From: an uncultured Pseudobdellovibrionaceae bacterium
GTDB taxonomy: Bacteria > Bdellovibrionota > FAC87 > UBA2466
DNA length: 64,000 nucleotides
Assembly: GCA_964616705.1 (NCBI GenBank)
Contig: CAZTRP010000008.1
Coordinates: 88,799-152,798, forward strand
Reading direction: 5' to 3'
The notes under the pieces were generated by a model. That model was given only the letters and a program-made list of their open reading frames with translations. It was not told where the DNA came from and did not search any database. The position numbers and the translations under genes were made by a program. Below are positions 1 to 9,910 of the stretch, one piece after another (positions within the stretch are counted from its first letter, which is position 1; every line of letters starts with the position of its first letter).

Positions 1-1734
1 GAGGATTTGCTCTACAATCGGGGTGAAGATCCGGTGGCAGCGTTTGCAGCACATTTTCGTGAGAAAAAGCCGGTAAGCAAATTAATTGGCGAGAAGCTTC
101 CTCTTTTAGAACGCTTACCGTTGTACATCATCGAGGGCTCCAAAGACGGCCTGGTTGCTGATTTGGACGAAGCCCTTTTGCAGATGAAACCACTCGAGAT
201 CATCAACGGCCCCTTAATGAAGGGGATGGATGAAGTAGGTAGGTTGTTTAATACAAATCAGTTGATTGTTGCTGAAGTTTTGCAATCTGCCGAAGCAATG
301 AAAGCCGCGGTGGGCCACCTTGAAAAATTCATGGAGAAATCCGAAAGCTCTTCACGAGGCAAGATTGTGCTGGCCACGGTTAAGGGTGATGTTCACGATA
401 TCGGCAAGAACTTAGTCGAGATTATCCTTTCGAATAATGGATTCGAAGTTGTGAACTTAGGTATTAAGGTTCCACCTGAGCAATTGATTCAGGCGATTCG
501 AGAGCATAAACCCGATATGGTTGGGTTGTCGGGCTTACTAGTGAAGTCTGCTCAGCAGATGGTTATCACGGCCGATGATTTGACCAAAGCAGGAGTTACC
601 CCACCTATGTTGGTCGGCGGGGCTGCACTGACCCAAAATTTTGTCGATAAACAGATCTCCAAAGCCTACGGCGGTACCGTAGCGTACGCCTCTGACGCTA
701 TGACTGGTTTAGAGCTTGCCAAGACGATTGTCAGTCCAGAGGGTTTTGAAAAGTTGCAGGCGAGTTTAAAGCAGCGAAGAGATTTGCTGGCGAACGAGGT
801 TGCAGCGCCGCGGGTGGAAGTGAGTGATTCGCAAATGCGATCTTCATCGGTGGATATCTTGGCGAATTTGCCAACCGCGCCCGATTACGATCGGCACGTG
901 CTCCGACATAGTCCGATTGAGCCGATTTGGAAGTTTATTAATCCGATGATGCTCTACGGTCGGCACTTGGGTTTACCGGGCAAGATCGTTCGTGAACTAG
1001 AAGATAGAAAGACCCCCGCGGGACAGCGTGCCTGGGAGGCCGAGGATCCAAAGTCGTATCAGGTTTGGAAAGCGGTTGAGGAAACTAAACAAGAGTTCGG
1101 GAATACCGAAGTCATGGAGCCGTCCGCTGTGTTTTCGTTCTTTCGCGCGGCAAGTAGCGGCAATTCTATTCACCTATTAGGTGCAGAGGGAAAGGCTGCG
1201 ACATTGAGCTTGCCGCGGCAAAGAAAAGAAAATGGTCTTTGCTTGGCCGATTACGTCCGCCCGTATTCTGGAGCAGGAGCGGTTCCTTCCTGGGATGAAG
1301 CTCAAGATACGGTGGCTGGATTTGTCGTATCTGTGGGACACGGGATACGAGAAATTTCAGAAAGGCTTAAGAATCGAGGCGAGTACCTTAAGTCGCACAT
1401 TGTACAAGTAATAGCCCTAGAATCGGCGGAAGCTTACGCAGAGTACTTGCACGCTCAGATACGAGCTCTTTGGGGTTTTGCCGACTTACCCGAGACCACA
1501 ATGTTGGATCGTTTCCAGGCTAAGTACCGGGGTAAGCGCTATTCGTTTGGTTATCCGGCCTGTCCTCGTCTTGACGATCAGGCGGTGCTTTTCGATCTGC
1601 TTCAGCCCCAAGAAATCGGTGTGCAGCTTACAGACGGCTTTATGATGGACCCTGAAGCAAGTGTCTCGGCACTTGTTTTTCACCACCCACAAGCCACTTA
1701 CTTCTCGGTAGGAGCGCGCGATGGTGAGTCTTGA
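1..1734 (+). CDS. metH: Cobalamin-dependent methionine synthase MetH, C-terminal part (B12-binding cap, B12-binding and AdoMet reactivation domains); 5' end lies outside the window
   Basis: The ORF runs to the window edge in frame. The B12-binding motif DxHxxG appears as KGDVHDIGKNLVEIIL, followed by a roughly 300-aa reactivation-domain-like region. The 575 aa correspond to E. coli MetH residues about 650-1227. Confidence 0.8.
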   Translation, partial: EDLLYNRGEDPVAAFAAHFREKKPVSKLIGEKLPLLERLPLYIIEGSKDGLVADLDEALLQMKPLEIINGPLMKGMDEVGRLFNTNQLIVAEVLQSAEAMKAAVGHLEKFMEKSESSSRGKIVLATVKGDVHDIGKNLVEIILSNNGFEVVNLGIKVPPEQLIQAIREHKPDMVGLSGLLVKSAQQMVITADDLTKAGVTPPMLVGGAALTQNFVDKQISKAYGGTVAYASDAMTGLELAKTIVSPEGFEKLQASLKQRRDLLANEVAAPRVEVSDSQMRSSSVDILANLPTAPDYDRHVLRHSPIEPIWKFINPMMLYGRHLGLPGKIVRELEDRKTPAGQRAWEAEDPKSYQVWKAVEETKQEFGNTEVMEPSAVFSFFRAASSGNSIHLLGAEGKAATLSLPRQRKENGLCLADYVRPYSGAGAVPSWDEAQDTVAGFVVSVGHGIREISERLKNRGEYLKSHIVQVIALESAEAYAEYLHAQIRALWGFADLPETTMLDRFQAKYRGKRYSFGYPACPRLDDQAVLFDLLQPQEIGVQLTDGFMMDPEASVSALVFHHPQATYFSVGARDGES

Positions 1735-2773
1735 GAGTCTTCCCGGTGGACTTACAACCGGTATCGGCAGCCTACCTCACCACAATATTGATTCAGCACT
1801 GCAGTACGCATTTAAGTACGACATCCCTTTTTTACCTCAGATTCCGCTAAGGAACCCGTGGGAGTTTTCCATTCCGCAGGGGTTGGAGGGGCTTCCCGGA
1901 ATTCGAGTAGAGAAAGACGGAAGTGCTTTCTTGGATGAAGGCGTCTGGGTGGGTAGGGCGAGCGCGTTTGAAGAAAAGCTTTCCCATGCCTTTGGAAATG
2001 CCCAACTCCCGTCTGCTTTCGAGGCATTTGAACCCTCTGCTGCGACCTCGAGTAGTTGGCAGCCTTTTTTGTGGGAACTGCAAGAGCGTGGTGCTCCGCT
2101 GGCGAAAGTGCAAATCATTGGTCCTTTGACTGCTCAATGGAGCTTGCGCTCGCTGCAAGGCGAGCGGCTCGATCAGAAAGACGATATTAGCCGTCAAATT
2201 TTTCAACTCGTTTTAGCGCGAGCTATTGGAATGGCGAGGCGGATTAAAGACGTCGGTGTGCGCCCTTTGCTTTTTCTAGATGAACCGGCTCTTTTTGTTT
2301 TAAGTCCCGAGAATCCGGCACACCTTGTTGGGCTGCAAGAGCTGCGAGTGCTAGTGCAGGCTTTGCAAAAGGAAGGCGTCGCAGTTGGTTTGCATTGCTG
2401 TAGCAATACCCAGTGGGGCCAGGTTTTGGCACTCGGCATAGATTTTCTATCTCTCGATACGAGGTTGTCGCTCCAATCCTTGCTTTGCGCTAAAGCCGAC
2501 TTGAGTCAGTTTCTGGATAAAGGTGGGCGTTTAAGTTTTGGTATTGTTCCCACCAGTGAATCGGAGGAGTTTGCCGGGGTATTGGCCTCCGATATTTTTC
2601 GTCCGTTCGCTGCCCAGCTTTCAGAAAGCCTAGGCGCCCGAGCACAGTTTTTAGTGGCTCAAGGTCTGTGGACCCCAGCCTGCGGCTTAGCCTTGCACAC
2701 TCCCAAAGACGCCGAGTCGGTGTATTCGCTATTAAAGGGTGTGGCGGGTGAAGCTCGAGCATACCGTCTGTAG
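1721..2773 (+). CDS. MetE C-terminal domain-like (CIMS/UroD-superfamily) putative Zn-dependent methyltransferase
   Basis: Motifs LFLDEPAL, GLHCCSN and WTPACGL resemble the MetE Zn-site motifs IQIDEPA, HxCY and NPDCGL. The ORF overlaps the metH stop by 14 nt, consistent with translational coupling. Confidence 0.45.
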   Translation: MVSLESLPGGLTTGIGSLPHHNIDSALQYAFKYDIPFLPQIPLRNPWEFSIPQGLEGLPGIRVEKDGSAFLDEGVWVGRASAFEEKLSHAFGNAQLPSAFEAFEPSAATSSSWQPFLWELQERGAPLAKVQIIGPLTAQWSLRSLQGERLDQKDDISRQIFQLVLARAIGMARRIKDVGVRPLLFLDEPALFVLSPENPAHLVGLQELRVLVQALQKEGVAVGLHCCSNTQWGQVLALGIDFLSLDTRLSLQSLLCAKADLSQFLDKGGRLSFGIVPTSESEEFAGVLASDIFRPFAAQLSESLGARAQFLVAQGLWTPACGLALHTPKDAESVYSLLKGVAGEARAYRL

Positions 2774-2811
2774 TTGCTTTTTGGTTTCGCTTTGAGCTAG
2801 TTTGCCGCGCA

Positions 2812-3537
2812 ATGATTCAGGGAACCTCGCATTCTGGTTTGCCACAGGTCAGTGCTCCAACCTCTAGCGGGGCATCTGAGGTTGTGCCTCTTGCGGTGGC
2901 TTTCTTTGCCATTTCCTTTGCTTTTGGTGTGGTAGCTCGCGAATCGGGCTTAGATATCTTTGCCGCAGTATTGATGTCGGCATTTGTTTATGCCGGGACT
3001 GCTCAGATAGTCGCGCTTGGGATGATGATTTCGGGCCAGCCTGCCTGGGCCATACTGCTGGTTACTTTGCTCATTAACGCCCGTTTATCCTTATTGGGTA
3101 CTTTCTTTGTTGAGTCAGTCTCACGTTGGGGTAAGGGTGCACGTTGGTTATTCGCAGGCCAAATCACCGACGAGACGTTCGCCTTGCTCCTTCCCTCTAG
3201 GCTTAACCAAACCTTCAATGCCTCACGCGCACTCACTATCCAAATGGCTGCTTACGGTGCTTGGGTATTTGGAACTCTAGCGGGCTTTGCTTTTGAAGCG
3301 GATTCGAGCCAGCTCCATGGCCTAGGGCTTGATTTTGCGCTGGCCGCGATGGTGTTGGCAGTTTTGGTACAACAGGTTCGAGATATGCGTGCTGTTGCCG
3401 TAGCGTTGTTTGCAGCAGCGATCTCGCTTTCGGCGAAAGCGTTAGGGGTGGGTTGGCTCGCTATTTCGCTTTCGGCCCTCATTGCCCCAATCCTTGGAAT
3501 ATTCTTGGAGGTTAAATGCAATCCCAAGAAATCTTAG
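2812..3537 (+). CDS. azlC: AzlC-family branched-chain amino acid exporter permease
   Basis: The multi-TM protein shows AzlC-like composition (FAISFAFGVVARESGL...AGTAQIVALGMM) and is followed by an azlD-like small membrane ORF. Confidence 0.75.
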   Translation: MIQGTSHSGLPQVSAPTSSGASEVVPLAVAFFAISFAFGVVARESGLDIFAAVLMSAFVYAGTAQIVALGMMISGQPAWAILLVTLLINARLSLLGTFFVESVSRWGKGARWLFAGQITDETFALLLPSRLNQTFNASRALTIQMAAYGAWVFGTLAGFAFEADSSQLHGLGLDFALAAMVLAVLVQQVRDMRAVAVALFAAAISLSAKALGVGWLAISLSALIAPILGIFLEVKCNPKKS

Positions 3538-3836
3538 TCACCATCCTACTCATGGGGCTTTCTACTCTTGCCTGTCGCCTCTTTCCCTTTGTTTTTCTGG
3601 GGGCGGTCCGCCCATCGAAGAACTGGGCTATTTGGATGCGGTATGTCCCAATGGCAGTCTTAGGGGCAGCGGTTGCTCCTCAGCTTTTATTTGTCGGGGA
3701 CAAGTTCTCAATGGCGAGCCTTCCGTTGTTGGCCGCGGTTCCAGTGGTGATTGTGGGAACGCTCAGCAACAATCTCTTGGCGTCCGTAGTCGTCGGTATT
3801 TCAACCTTGGCGGTTCTGCGCCAGTACTTGAACTAG
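3516..3836 (+). CDS. azlD: AzlD-family small membrane protein
   Basis: A 106-aa hydrophobic protein that overlaps the 3' end of azlC. Confidence 0.55.
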   Translation: MQSQEILVTILLMGLSTLACRLFPFVFLGAVRPSKNWAIWMRYVPMAVLGAAVAPQLLFVGDKFSMASLPLLAAVPVVIVGTLSNNLLASVVVGISTLAVLRQYLN

Positions 3837-4750
3837 GGCAACGGCTTTCCAATCGAGAGCGGCGGCGTGGCTCGGCCAATAAAACCTGCTAAGACCACGA
3901 GCGCGACTAAGTAGGGAAGCGATTGCACAAGCTGAACGGGAAATTCGTATCCCGCAACTTGAGCACTTTGGAGTCGAATCTGCAGGGCATCAAAAAAACC
4001 AAAGAATAGGCACGCTGCAAGAGTGGGGAGTGGTTTCCATTTTCCAAATATTACCGCCGTTAAGGCGATAAAGCCTCTTCCGGAGGTCATGTCTCGGGTG
4101 AATTGACTGGCGTGTGCTACCGCCAAATACACTCCGCCCAAACTAGTCAGTGCACCTCCCCAAAGCAGAGCCTTCCAACGCACCGATGCCGGTGAAATCC
4201 CAGCCGTGCGAAGTGCTTCAGGGTTGTCCCCGCTAGCCAGCACTCGCAAACCCCTGCCTGTTTGGTAGAAAAAATAGTGAATTGCAAAGGGTAAGCTCAG
4301 GGCCAAATAAATCAGCCATGGCTGGTCGAATAATTGCCCTACTACCGGCAAGCTGGAAAGTCCTGGAATGGAAACAGCGTGAAAACGCTCAGCAAGAGGC
4401 AAAGAAGGCGTGTTGGTCGGGCTTTGAAAGAGCGCTTTGTTTAGCAGTGGAGTCACTCCAGCAGCCAGCATATTGACCGCGACGCCGCTCACAATAGCAT
4501 CGGCCTTTGAGGTCACGCTGAGCAGGGCATGCAATCCCATAGTGAGGGTTCCGGCAATCATTCCTGCGAGAAGGCCCAGGATCGGATCTGAGGTGTAGAA
4601 CGTAGTAGTCGCTGCGGCCCAAGCGCCCACCAACATGACCCCCTCAAGGCAGATCGTTGCAATTCCCGCTCGTTCGCAAAGAATGCCCCCCATGGCGGCA
4701 AAAAGCAGTGGCGTGGAAAGTCGGAGCGAAGAGGCAAGGAGTTCGATCAC
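3833..4750 (-). CDS. ABC transporter permease (BMP/nucleoside-type importer, second permease)
   Basis: A multi-TM permease that is the last gene of a minus-strand operon: SBP, ATPase, permease, permease. Confidence 0.8.
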   Translation of the reverse strand: MIELLASSLRLSTPLLFAAMGGILCERAGIATICLEGVMLVGAWAAATTTFYTSDPILGLLAGMIAGTLTMGLHALLSVTSKADAIVSGVAVNMLAAGVTPLLNKALFQSPTNTPSLPLAERFHAVSIPGLSSLPVVGQLFDQPWLIYLALSLPFAIHYFFYQTGRGLRVLASGDNPEALRTAGISPASVRWKALLWGGALTSLGGVYLAVAHASQFTRDMTSGRGFIALTAVIFGKWKPLPTLAACLFFGFFDALQIRLQSAQVAGYEFPVQLVQSLPYLVALVVLAGFIGRATPPLSIGKPLP

Positions 4751-5841
4751 TTTTTCCTCCTGCTAAAGATAGAAATCCAAAGTGCTTGAGCAGCCACGAA
4801 GGAGATCAGGACACCTTGAATGACGATTGCAAGTTCCTTGGTAACTTTTTCGCTCAAGAACTCAAGCTCTCGGGCACTATTTTGTAAAACTCCAAACAGG
4901 AGCGCAGAGAAGATCACACCAATCGGATGGCTTCTAGCCAAAAGAGCCACTGCTATGCCCGTAAAGCCATATTGCGGAGAAAATCCCTCGAGGACTTTGT
5001 GCTGATATCCCATGACTTCATTCACACCTACTAGTCCGGCAAGCGCCCCACCCACAAAGGTGGCGATAATGGTTTGGGAAGAAACAGATATCGCCGCAAA
5101 ACGGCTCGCAGTTGGGTTCTGTCCGACACTTCGTAGTGCGAATCCTGCAGAAGTATGAAAAAGAAAAAAGTAGCAAAGCAAAGCCGTTCCAATCGCAAGA
5201 AATAGCGCGACATTGGCCGGGGTAGAGTCAAATAGAGTCACTCCAAAGAAACCAAAAAAAGTATTCAACGAGGGCAAAGTGAAAGCGCTAGGAATTTCCA
5301 TGGATTCCGGGCTCTGGCTTGTCGGGTTATCGTAGGGGTAAAGTATGAGGTAGTTCACCAAGGCGATAGCCAAGAAATTCAACAAAATTGTAACGATCAC
5401 TTCGTGGCTTCCGCGCTTGGCCTTAAGCCATCCCGCAATACCTCCCCAAATACCGCCCGCTAAGGCGGCTGCGCCAACGCCAAGTGGGATGGCGAGCCAA
5501 GAAGGGGCCGATGAGAAAGCTTGCGCCACCACAACTACCGCCATTGCGCCCATGTAAAGCTGACCTTCGCCTCCGATGTTAAAAAGTCCGCATTGAAAGC
5601 ACAAAGCAACGGCTAGTCCGGTGAAAATGTAGGGGGTGGTGTAAAAGAGCGTGTAACCCAATCCAAAGTCGGTGCAGCACACGTTGAAAAGTGCTTCCCA
5701 AAGTACGCTCGTTTTCTCACCGAGCACCATCAAAAGCAGTGTGCCAGCGAGGAGGGAAAGACCTAGGCCAAAAGCAGGAGCGAGGATTGCGTCCCAAGAG
5801 GTAAGCCGTACCTTTTTCATGCCCGTCCTCCGGTCATCCAA
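4747..5841 (-). CDS. ABC transporter permease (BMP/nucleoside-type importer, first permease)
   Basis: A multi-TM protein whose ends overlap the neighbouring genes by 4 nt. Confidence 0.8.
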   Translation of the reverse strand: MDDRRTGMKKVRLTSWDAILAPAFGLGLSLLAGTLLLMVLGEKTSVLWEALFNVCCTDFGLGYTLFYTTPYIFTGLAVALCFQCGLFNIGGEGQLYMGAMAVVVVAQAFSSAPSWLAIPLGVGAAALAGGIWGGIAGWLKAKRGSHEVIVTILLNFLAIALVNYLILYPYDNPTSQSPESMEIPSAFTLPSLNTFFGFFGVTLFDSTPANVALFLAIGTALLCYFFLFHTSAGFALRSVGQNPTASRFAAISVSSQTIIATFVGGALAGLVGVNEVMGYQHKVLEGFSPQYGFTGIAVALLARSHPIGVIFSALLFGVLQNSARELEFLSEKVTKELAIVIQGVLISFVAAQALWISIFSRRKK

Positions 5842-7322
5842 AGGCCAAGCTGTGTCTCAGTAGCTTCTGCTCTAGTGCATTGTCCGTGAATTTTTCCGTT
5901 GTATAGAACCAAAATCCGATCGGAAAGCGCGAGAATCTCCTCGAGTTCAGAGGAAAATAATAGGACGCAAGCCCCTTGGTCCCTTTGGTGGAGAATTTCT
6001 CGGTGGATTCTTTCAATGGCACCAATGTCGACGCCCCGAGTAGGGTGGGCAGCCAATAGAAACTGTACGGGACGCGCCAATTCACGGCCTACTACTACTT
6101 TTTGTTGATTTCCGCCTGATAGACCCCGAAGCCGTGCCCTGGCTTGGGTGGGACGGACATCAAAACGCTCTATGGCCTTTTCCGTATCCGCGTACACTTG
6201 GTCCCAGTTCAGCCGACCAGAAATTTGGTACTCCGGCTCGCGGTGGTGACCCAGAATGAAATTCTCCCCTAGGTCAAAGTCCAGCACCACGGCTTCTCGA
6301 TGTCGATCTGCCGGAATGACTGCGAGTCCACTTTGTTTGAGCGCGTAAGGGGCCTTCTCGCGGTACGATTGGCCTCCCCAAAGCAGGGTTCCTTGGTAAT
6401 CGCTTCGAGTGTGGGCCAAGATTTCAATGAGCTCTTGTTGGCCATTGCCGTCTACGCCGGCGACACCCACTATCTCTCCGGCTTTTAGAACAAACGAAAT
6501 ACTATCAAGGCTCCGCCTCGAGCCCAGGCCAAGGCTTACGTCTCTTGCCTCGATAATGGGCTGATTCTCAGAAAAAACCTTCCGAGCCGGAAGGGCCTGT
6601 CGATGGCGGCCGATCATCTTCTGCGCAAGCAGGCTCTCGTCTAGCTCGGCTGTCGGCCAGGTTCCCACGACTTTCCCCTGTCGCAAGACCGTGACCTTAT
6701 CCGTGAGGGAGAGAATTTCCCTGAGCTTATGGCTGATAAATACGATGGTTTTGCCCTGGGCCTTAAGGCCTTTTAGGCGTGTTATCAATACGTCCACTTC
6801 TTGAGGAGTAAGTACGGCAGTGGGTTCGTCGAAAATTAAAATCTTTGCCTGTCGGTATAGGAGTTTGAGTATTTCTACTTGCTGTTGAAGTCCAACAGGG
6901 AGGTTTTCGATTTTGGCGTCCAGATCTAAGGAGAATCCAAACTCAGCCTGAAGCTTGCTTAATTCGGCGATGCACTTGGACCTATTGGGGCGCCACGCGT
7001 AGGGTTCTTGCCCGAGTACGACGTTTTGCCAAACGCTCAGCGTAGGCACGAGCATAAAATGCTGATGTACCATTCCAATGCCTTGGGCAATCGCTTCCTG
7101 AGGGGAAGAATACGATGTCTTTATTCCATCTACCCAAATTTCCCCTGCATCGGCTTGATACAAACCGTAGAGGACCTTCATGATGGTGGACTTTCCAGCG
7201 CCATTCTCGCCTACGACGGCATGAATAGACTGGTGCTCTACTTCAAAGCTAACGCCATCGTTGGCGCGGGTTGCCCCGAACACCTTTGTGACATTAGAAA
7301 AGGAAATGGCTGCTGAGGGCAT
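5817..7322 (-). CDS. ABC transporter ATP-binding protein with two tandem ATPase domains
   Basis: There are two Walker A motifs (GENGAGKST and GVDGNGQ), two signature-like motifs and LIFDEPT, across 501 aa. Confidence 0.85.
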   Translation of the reverse strand: MPSAAISFSNVTKVFGATRANDGVSFEVEHQSIHAVVGENGAGKSTIMKVLYGLYQADAGEIWVDGIKTSYSSPQEAIAQGIGMVHQHFMLVPTLSVWQNVVLGQEPYAWRPNRSKCIAELSKLQAEFGFSLDLDAKIENLPVGLQQQVEILKLLYRQAKILIFDEPTAVLTPQEVDVLITRLKGLKAQGKTIVFISHKLREILSLTDKVTVLRQGKVVGTWPTAELDESLLAQKMIGRHRQALPARKVFSENQPIIEARDVSLGLGSRRSLDSISFVLKAGEIVGVAGVDGNGQQELIEILAHTRSDYQGTLLWGGQSYREKAPYALKQSGLAVIPADRHREAVVLDFDLGENFILGHHREPEYQISGRLNWDQVYADTEKAIERFDVRPTQARARLRGLSGGNQQKVVVGRELARPVQFLLAAHPTRGVDIGAIERIHREILHQRDQGACVLLFSSELEEILALSDRILVLYNGKIHGQCTRAEATETQLGLWMTGGRA

Positions 7323-7334
7323 CTAAGGCTTGGC

Positions 7335-8342
7335 CTATTTTTTTGCGGTTTTGTAATAGTCGGGTACGGCCAAAGACTTCCGAATGATTTTTTGTTTCAA
7401 AGCCTCTATCTTTTTTAGAGTGTCTGCAGATAGGAGGCTCTTGTTATTATCGTCGAGCGCGAAATCAACCCCACTCTGTGCAAGGCCAAGTTGGCGGTGC
7501 TCTGGTTTGAAAGTTCCCTTTTGTTTGCTTTCAATCGCTTCATAAACGGCTCGATCCACGCGTTTGACCATGCTTGTGAGGATTCGCCCTGGCTTGACCC
7601 AGTTTTGGTTTGAGTCGCAGCCAATTGCAAAGTGTTTCATTTCCTCAGCAGCATCAAAGAGTCCGAGTCCCGAAGCGCCGGCGGCGTGGAAGATGATGTC
7701 GGCCTTTTTTTGATATTGGCTTAGAGCAAGCTCTTTTGCCTTTGTGGGGTTTTTCCAAGCGTCAGAAGACGTGCCAACAAAGTTGGACAAAACTTTCGTG
7801 CCGCTGACAGTTTGTTCTGCTCCTGCCCTAAAGCCCATTTCAAAACGGCGAATTAGGGGAATGTCCATTCCGCCGATAAAGCCAACCGTTTTAGTTTTGG
7901 AGGTAAGAGCGGCAATGGCTCCTACCAAATAGCTACCTTCTTGCTCTTCGAAGGTGATCGACTGAACATTGGGGGCTTGGACTATCGAGTCCACCACCGC
8001 AAACTGAATGGCAGGAAAGTCTTTCGCCACCTTTTCTATGGGGGAACCCATTACAAAGCCAATGCCTATGATGAGATCGAAGTTCTTCTTGGCGAAAGTC
8101 CGAAACGAAGGCTCGATAGCGGTATCATCTGAGACCTCCACTACTTTGAGTGTGATGCCCAAAGCTTTCTCGGCCTCTGTAGCGCCTTTAAAAGCTGCCG
8201 CGTTGAAGGACTTGTCGTCGCGTCCGCCTTTGTCGAGGACTAGCCCCACTTTTAGGGGCGCCGCGTAGGCAGCGGTGAACCAGGTTAGAGCTGCAACTAG
8301 GGAAAATCGTCGAATCATAGGGTTTCCTCTTTGCCGAACCAC
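7335..8342 (-). CDS. BMP-family (basic membrane protein / PnrA-like) ABC substrate-binding lipoprotein
   Basis: The protein has a signal peptide, BMP-family composition and sits in the first position of the importer operon. Confidence 0.8.
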   Translation of the reverse strand: MVRQRGNPMIRRFSLVAALTWFTAAYAAPLKVGLVLDKGGRDDKSFNAAAFKGATEAEKALGITLKVVEVSDDTAIEPSFRTFAKKNFDLIIGIGFVMGSPIEKVAKDFPAIQFAVVDSIVQAPNVQSITFEEQEGSYLVGAIAALTSKTKTVGFIGGMDIPLIRRFEMGFRAGAEQTVSGTKVLSNFVGTSSDAWKNPTKAKELALSQYQKKADIIFHAAGASGLGLFDAAEEMKHFAIGCDSNQNWVKPGRILTSMVKRVDRAVYEAIESKQKGTFKPEHRQLGLAQSGVDFALDDNNKSLLSADTLKKIEALKQKIIRKSLAVPDYYKTAKK

Positions 8343-8377
8343 CTTAGGGAAATCCCTCTAACCCGTCAACGAACGGA

Positions 8378-9178
8378 TTGGGGGTGAACCGACTTAACTT
8401 AAAGCGCTATTTCATGTTAAATTATCGCAACATGCCCGCCAGCACGAGACAGCCTCCCATTTATCGGGTGACCAACCTATCGGCGGGTTTTGCGACGCAT
8501 TCGGTATTGCAGGAGCTCAATTGGGAGCTTGAAGAGCGTGAGACCTTTGTTGTGGTCGGGGGCAGCGGGTGTGGCAAAACGCTTTTCCTAAAGACCCTTG
8601 TGGGCCTCATAGCTCCTCTAGGCGGAACCATAGAGTTCTGCGGTGTAAATTTAGCGAAAATGTCTCGGGCCGAGACCAAGACGTTCCTTGAATCGGTCGG
8701 GATGACCTTCCAAAAAGACGGTTTGTTTGATTCGCTGACTTGCGGTGAGAACCTTAGTTTTCCACTGAAGGAACGTCTTAAGCTTACGTCGAAGGAAAGG
8801 GAGTTTAAAGTCACTGAGGCTCTAGAGAGTGTGGGGCTCGCTGGGCAATCCCATCTTTTGGTTCATGAAATGAGCGGGGGGATGCAAAAACGTTTGGGGA
8901 TCGCTCGGGCTTTGCTTTTTTCGCCCCGTGTCCTGCTGTACGACGAGCCGTCAGCTGGATTGGATCCCATCACTTCAAGATCGATTAACGATCTTATCAT
9001 TCAAGTTCGCGACCAATTCAAAATGAGTGTTGTGTTGGTGACCAGCGAGATGGCTCAAGCCAAGCAGTTAGGAACTCGCATAGGGCTACTTGAAAAGGGA
9101 AGGTTTTTAGAAGAGGGCAGTTGGTCTTCGATCTCCCGGTCTACGAACGAAAGGGTGGCGCGGTTTTTTTCGCCCTAA
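8378..9178 (+). CDS. Mla-type ABC transporter ATP-binding subunit A (MlaF-like; H-loop His absent)
   Basis: Walker A GGSGCGKT, signature LSGGMQKRLGIARAL and Walker B LLYDEPSAGLD are present. The H-loop position reads VTSEM, with no His. The likely true start is the ATG at 8432. Confidence 0.75.
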   Translation: MGVNRLNLKRYFMLNYRNMPASTRQPPIYRVTNLSAGFATHSVLQELNWELEERETFVVVGGSGCGKTLFLKTLVGLIAPLGGTIEFCGVNLAKMSRAETKTFLESVGMTFQKDGLFDSLTCGENLSFPLKERLKLTSKEREFKVTEALESVGLAGQSHLLVHEMSGGMQKRLGIARALLFSPRVLLYDEPSAGLDPITSRSINDLIIQVRDQFKMSVVLVTSEMAQAKQLGTRIGLLEKGRFLEEGSWSSISRSTNERVARFFSP

Positions 9179-9181
9179 GCC

Positions 9182-9910
9182 ATGATTGAATTTAAGAATG
9201 TCAGCAAAGCATTTGGTTCGAAGCAAGTGCTTAACGGCGTGTGCTTTTCGGTGCGGCGAGGTGAAATCGTTTTTATCCTTGGTCGCTCGGGGATGGGGAA
9301 ATCGGTTACTCTCAAGCACCTGGTTGGGCTGCTGCGACCAGATTCTGGTGAGATTTGGGTGGACGGGCAGCAAATCAATGGTCTGAGTGAAGAGGAATTC
9401 TTCCATGTTCGCCGCAAGTGCGGAATGGTCTTCCAGTTCCCCGCTCTTTTAGACTCAATGAACGTTTTCGAGAATATTGTCTTTGGGGCGCGCGCCCACC
9501 AGGTTTGCACTCCAGACCAGGAAGTTTCTTGGGTGAAGGAAAAGCTTCAGCTTGTGGGTTTGGATGAGAGTGTTTTTGAAAGAAAGCCCAGTGAATTGAG
9601 TTTTGGAACGCAAAAACGGGTGAGTATCGCCCGCACGCTCGCAATAAAGCCCAGCTACTTGCTTTTTGATGAGCCAACTACCAGCCTCGATCCCGTTGCC
9701 ACGAAGGCAATACACGAGCTGATACACCATTTATCTCGAACGCTCCACGTTACTTCACTAGTGATTTCTCATGACATGCAAGGAGCACTTTCCATCGCAG
9801 ATCGAGTGCTTTTGCTGAATGATGGAAAAATCATAGACGAAGGGACTCCCGAACAGCTTCGGCAAAGCGAAGTGGAGTTAACGCGTGATTTTTTGGGGAT
9901 TGAGTCATGA
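9182..9910 (+). CDS. Mla-type ABC transporter ATP-binding subunit B (MlaF-like; degenerate signature motif)
   Basis: Walker A GRSGMGKS, Walker B LLFDEPTTSLD and H-loop ISHDM are present. The signature motif is degenerate: LSFGTQ instead of LSGGQ. Confidence 0.75.
   Translation: MIEFKNVSKAFGSKQVLNGVCFSVRRGEIVFILGRSGMGKSVTLKHLVGLLRPDSGEIWVDGQQINGLSEEEFFHVRRKCGMVFQFPALLDSMNVFENIVFGARAHQVCTPDQEVSWVKEKLQLVGLDESVFERKPSELSFGTQKRVSIARTLAIKPSYLLFDEPTTSLDPVATKAIHELIHHLSRTLHVTSLVISHDMQGALSIADRVLLLNDGKIIDEGTPEQLRQSEVELTRDFLGIES

Noticed and set aside
1812-2439. Several 60-120 aa minus-strand ORFs nested inside the 1721-2773 CDS
   Set aside because: They are antisense to a CDS with clear family motifs, show no RBS or domain features, and are typical GC-driven spurious frames.
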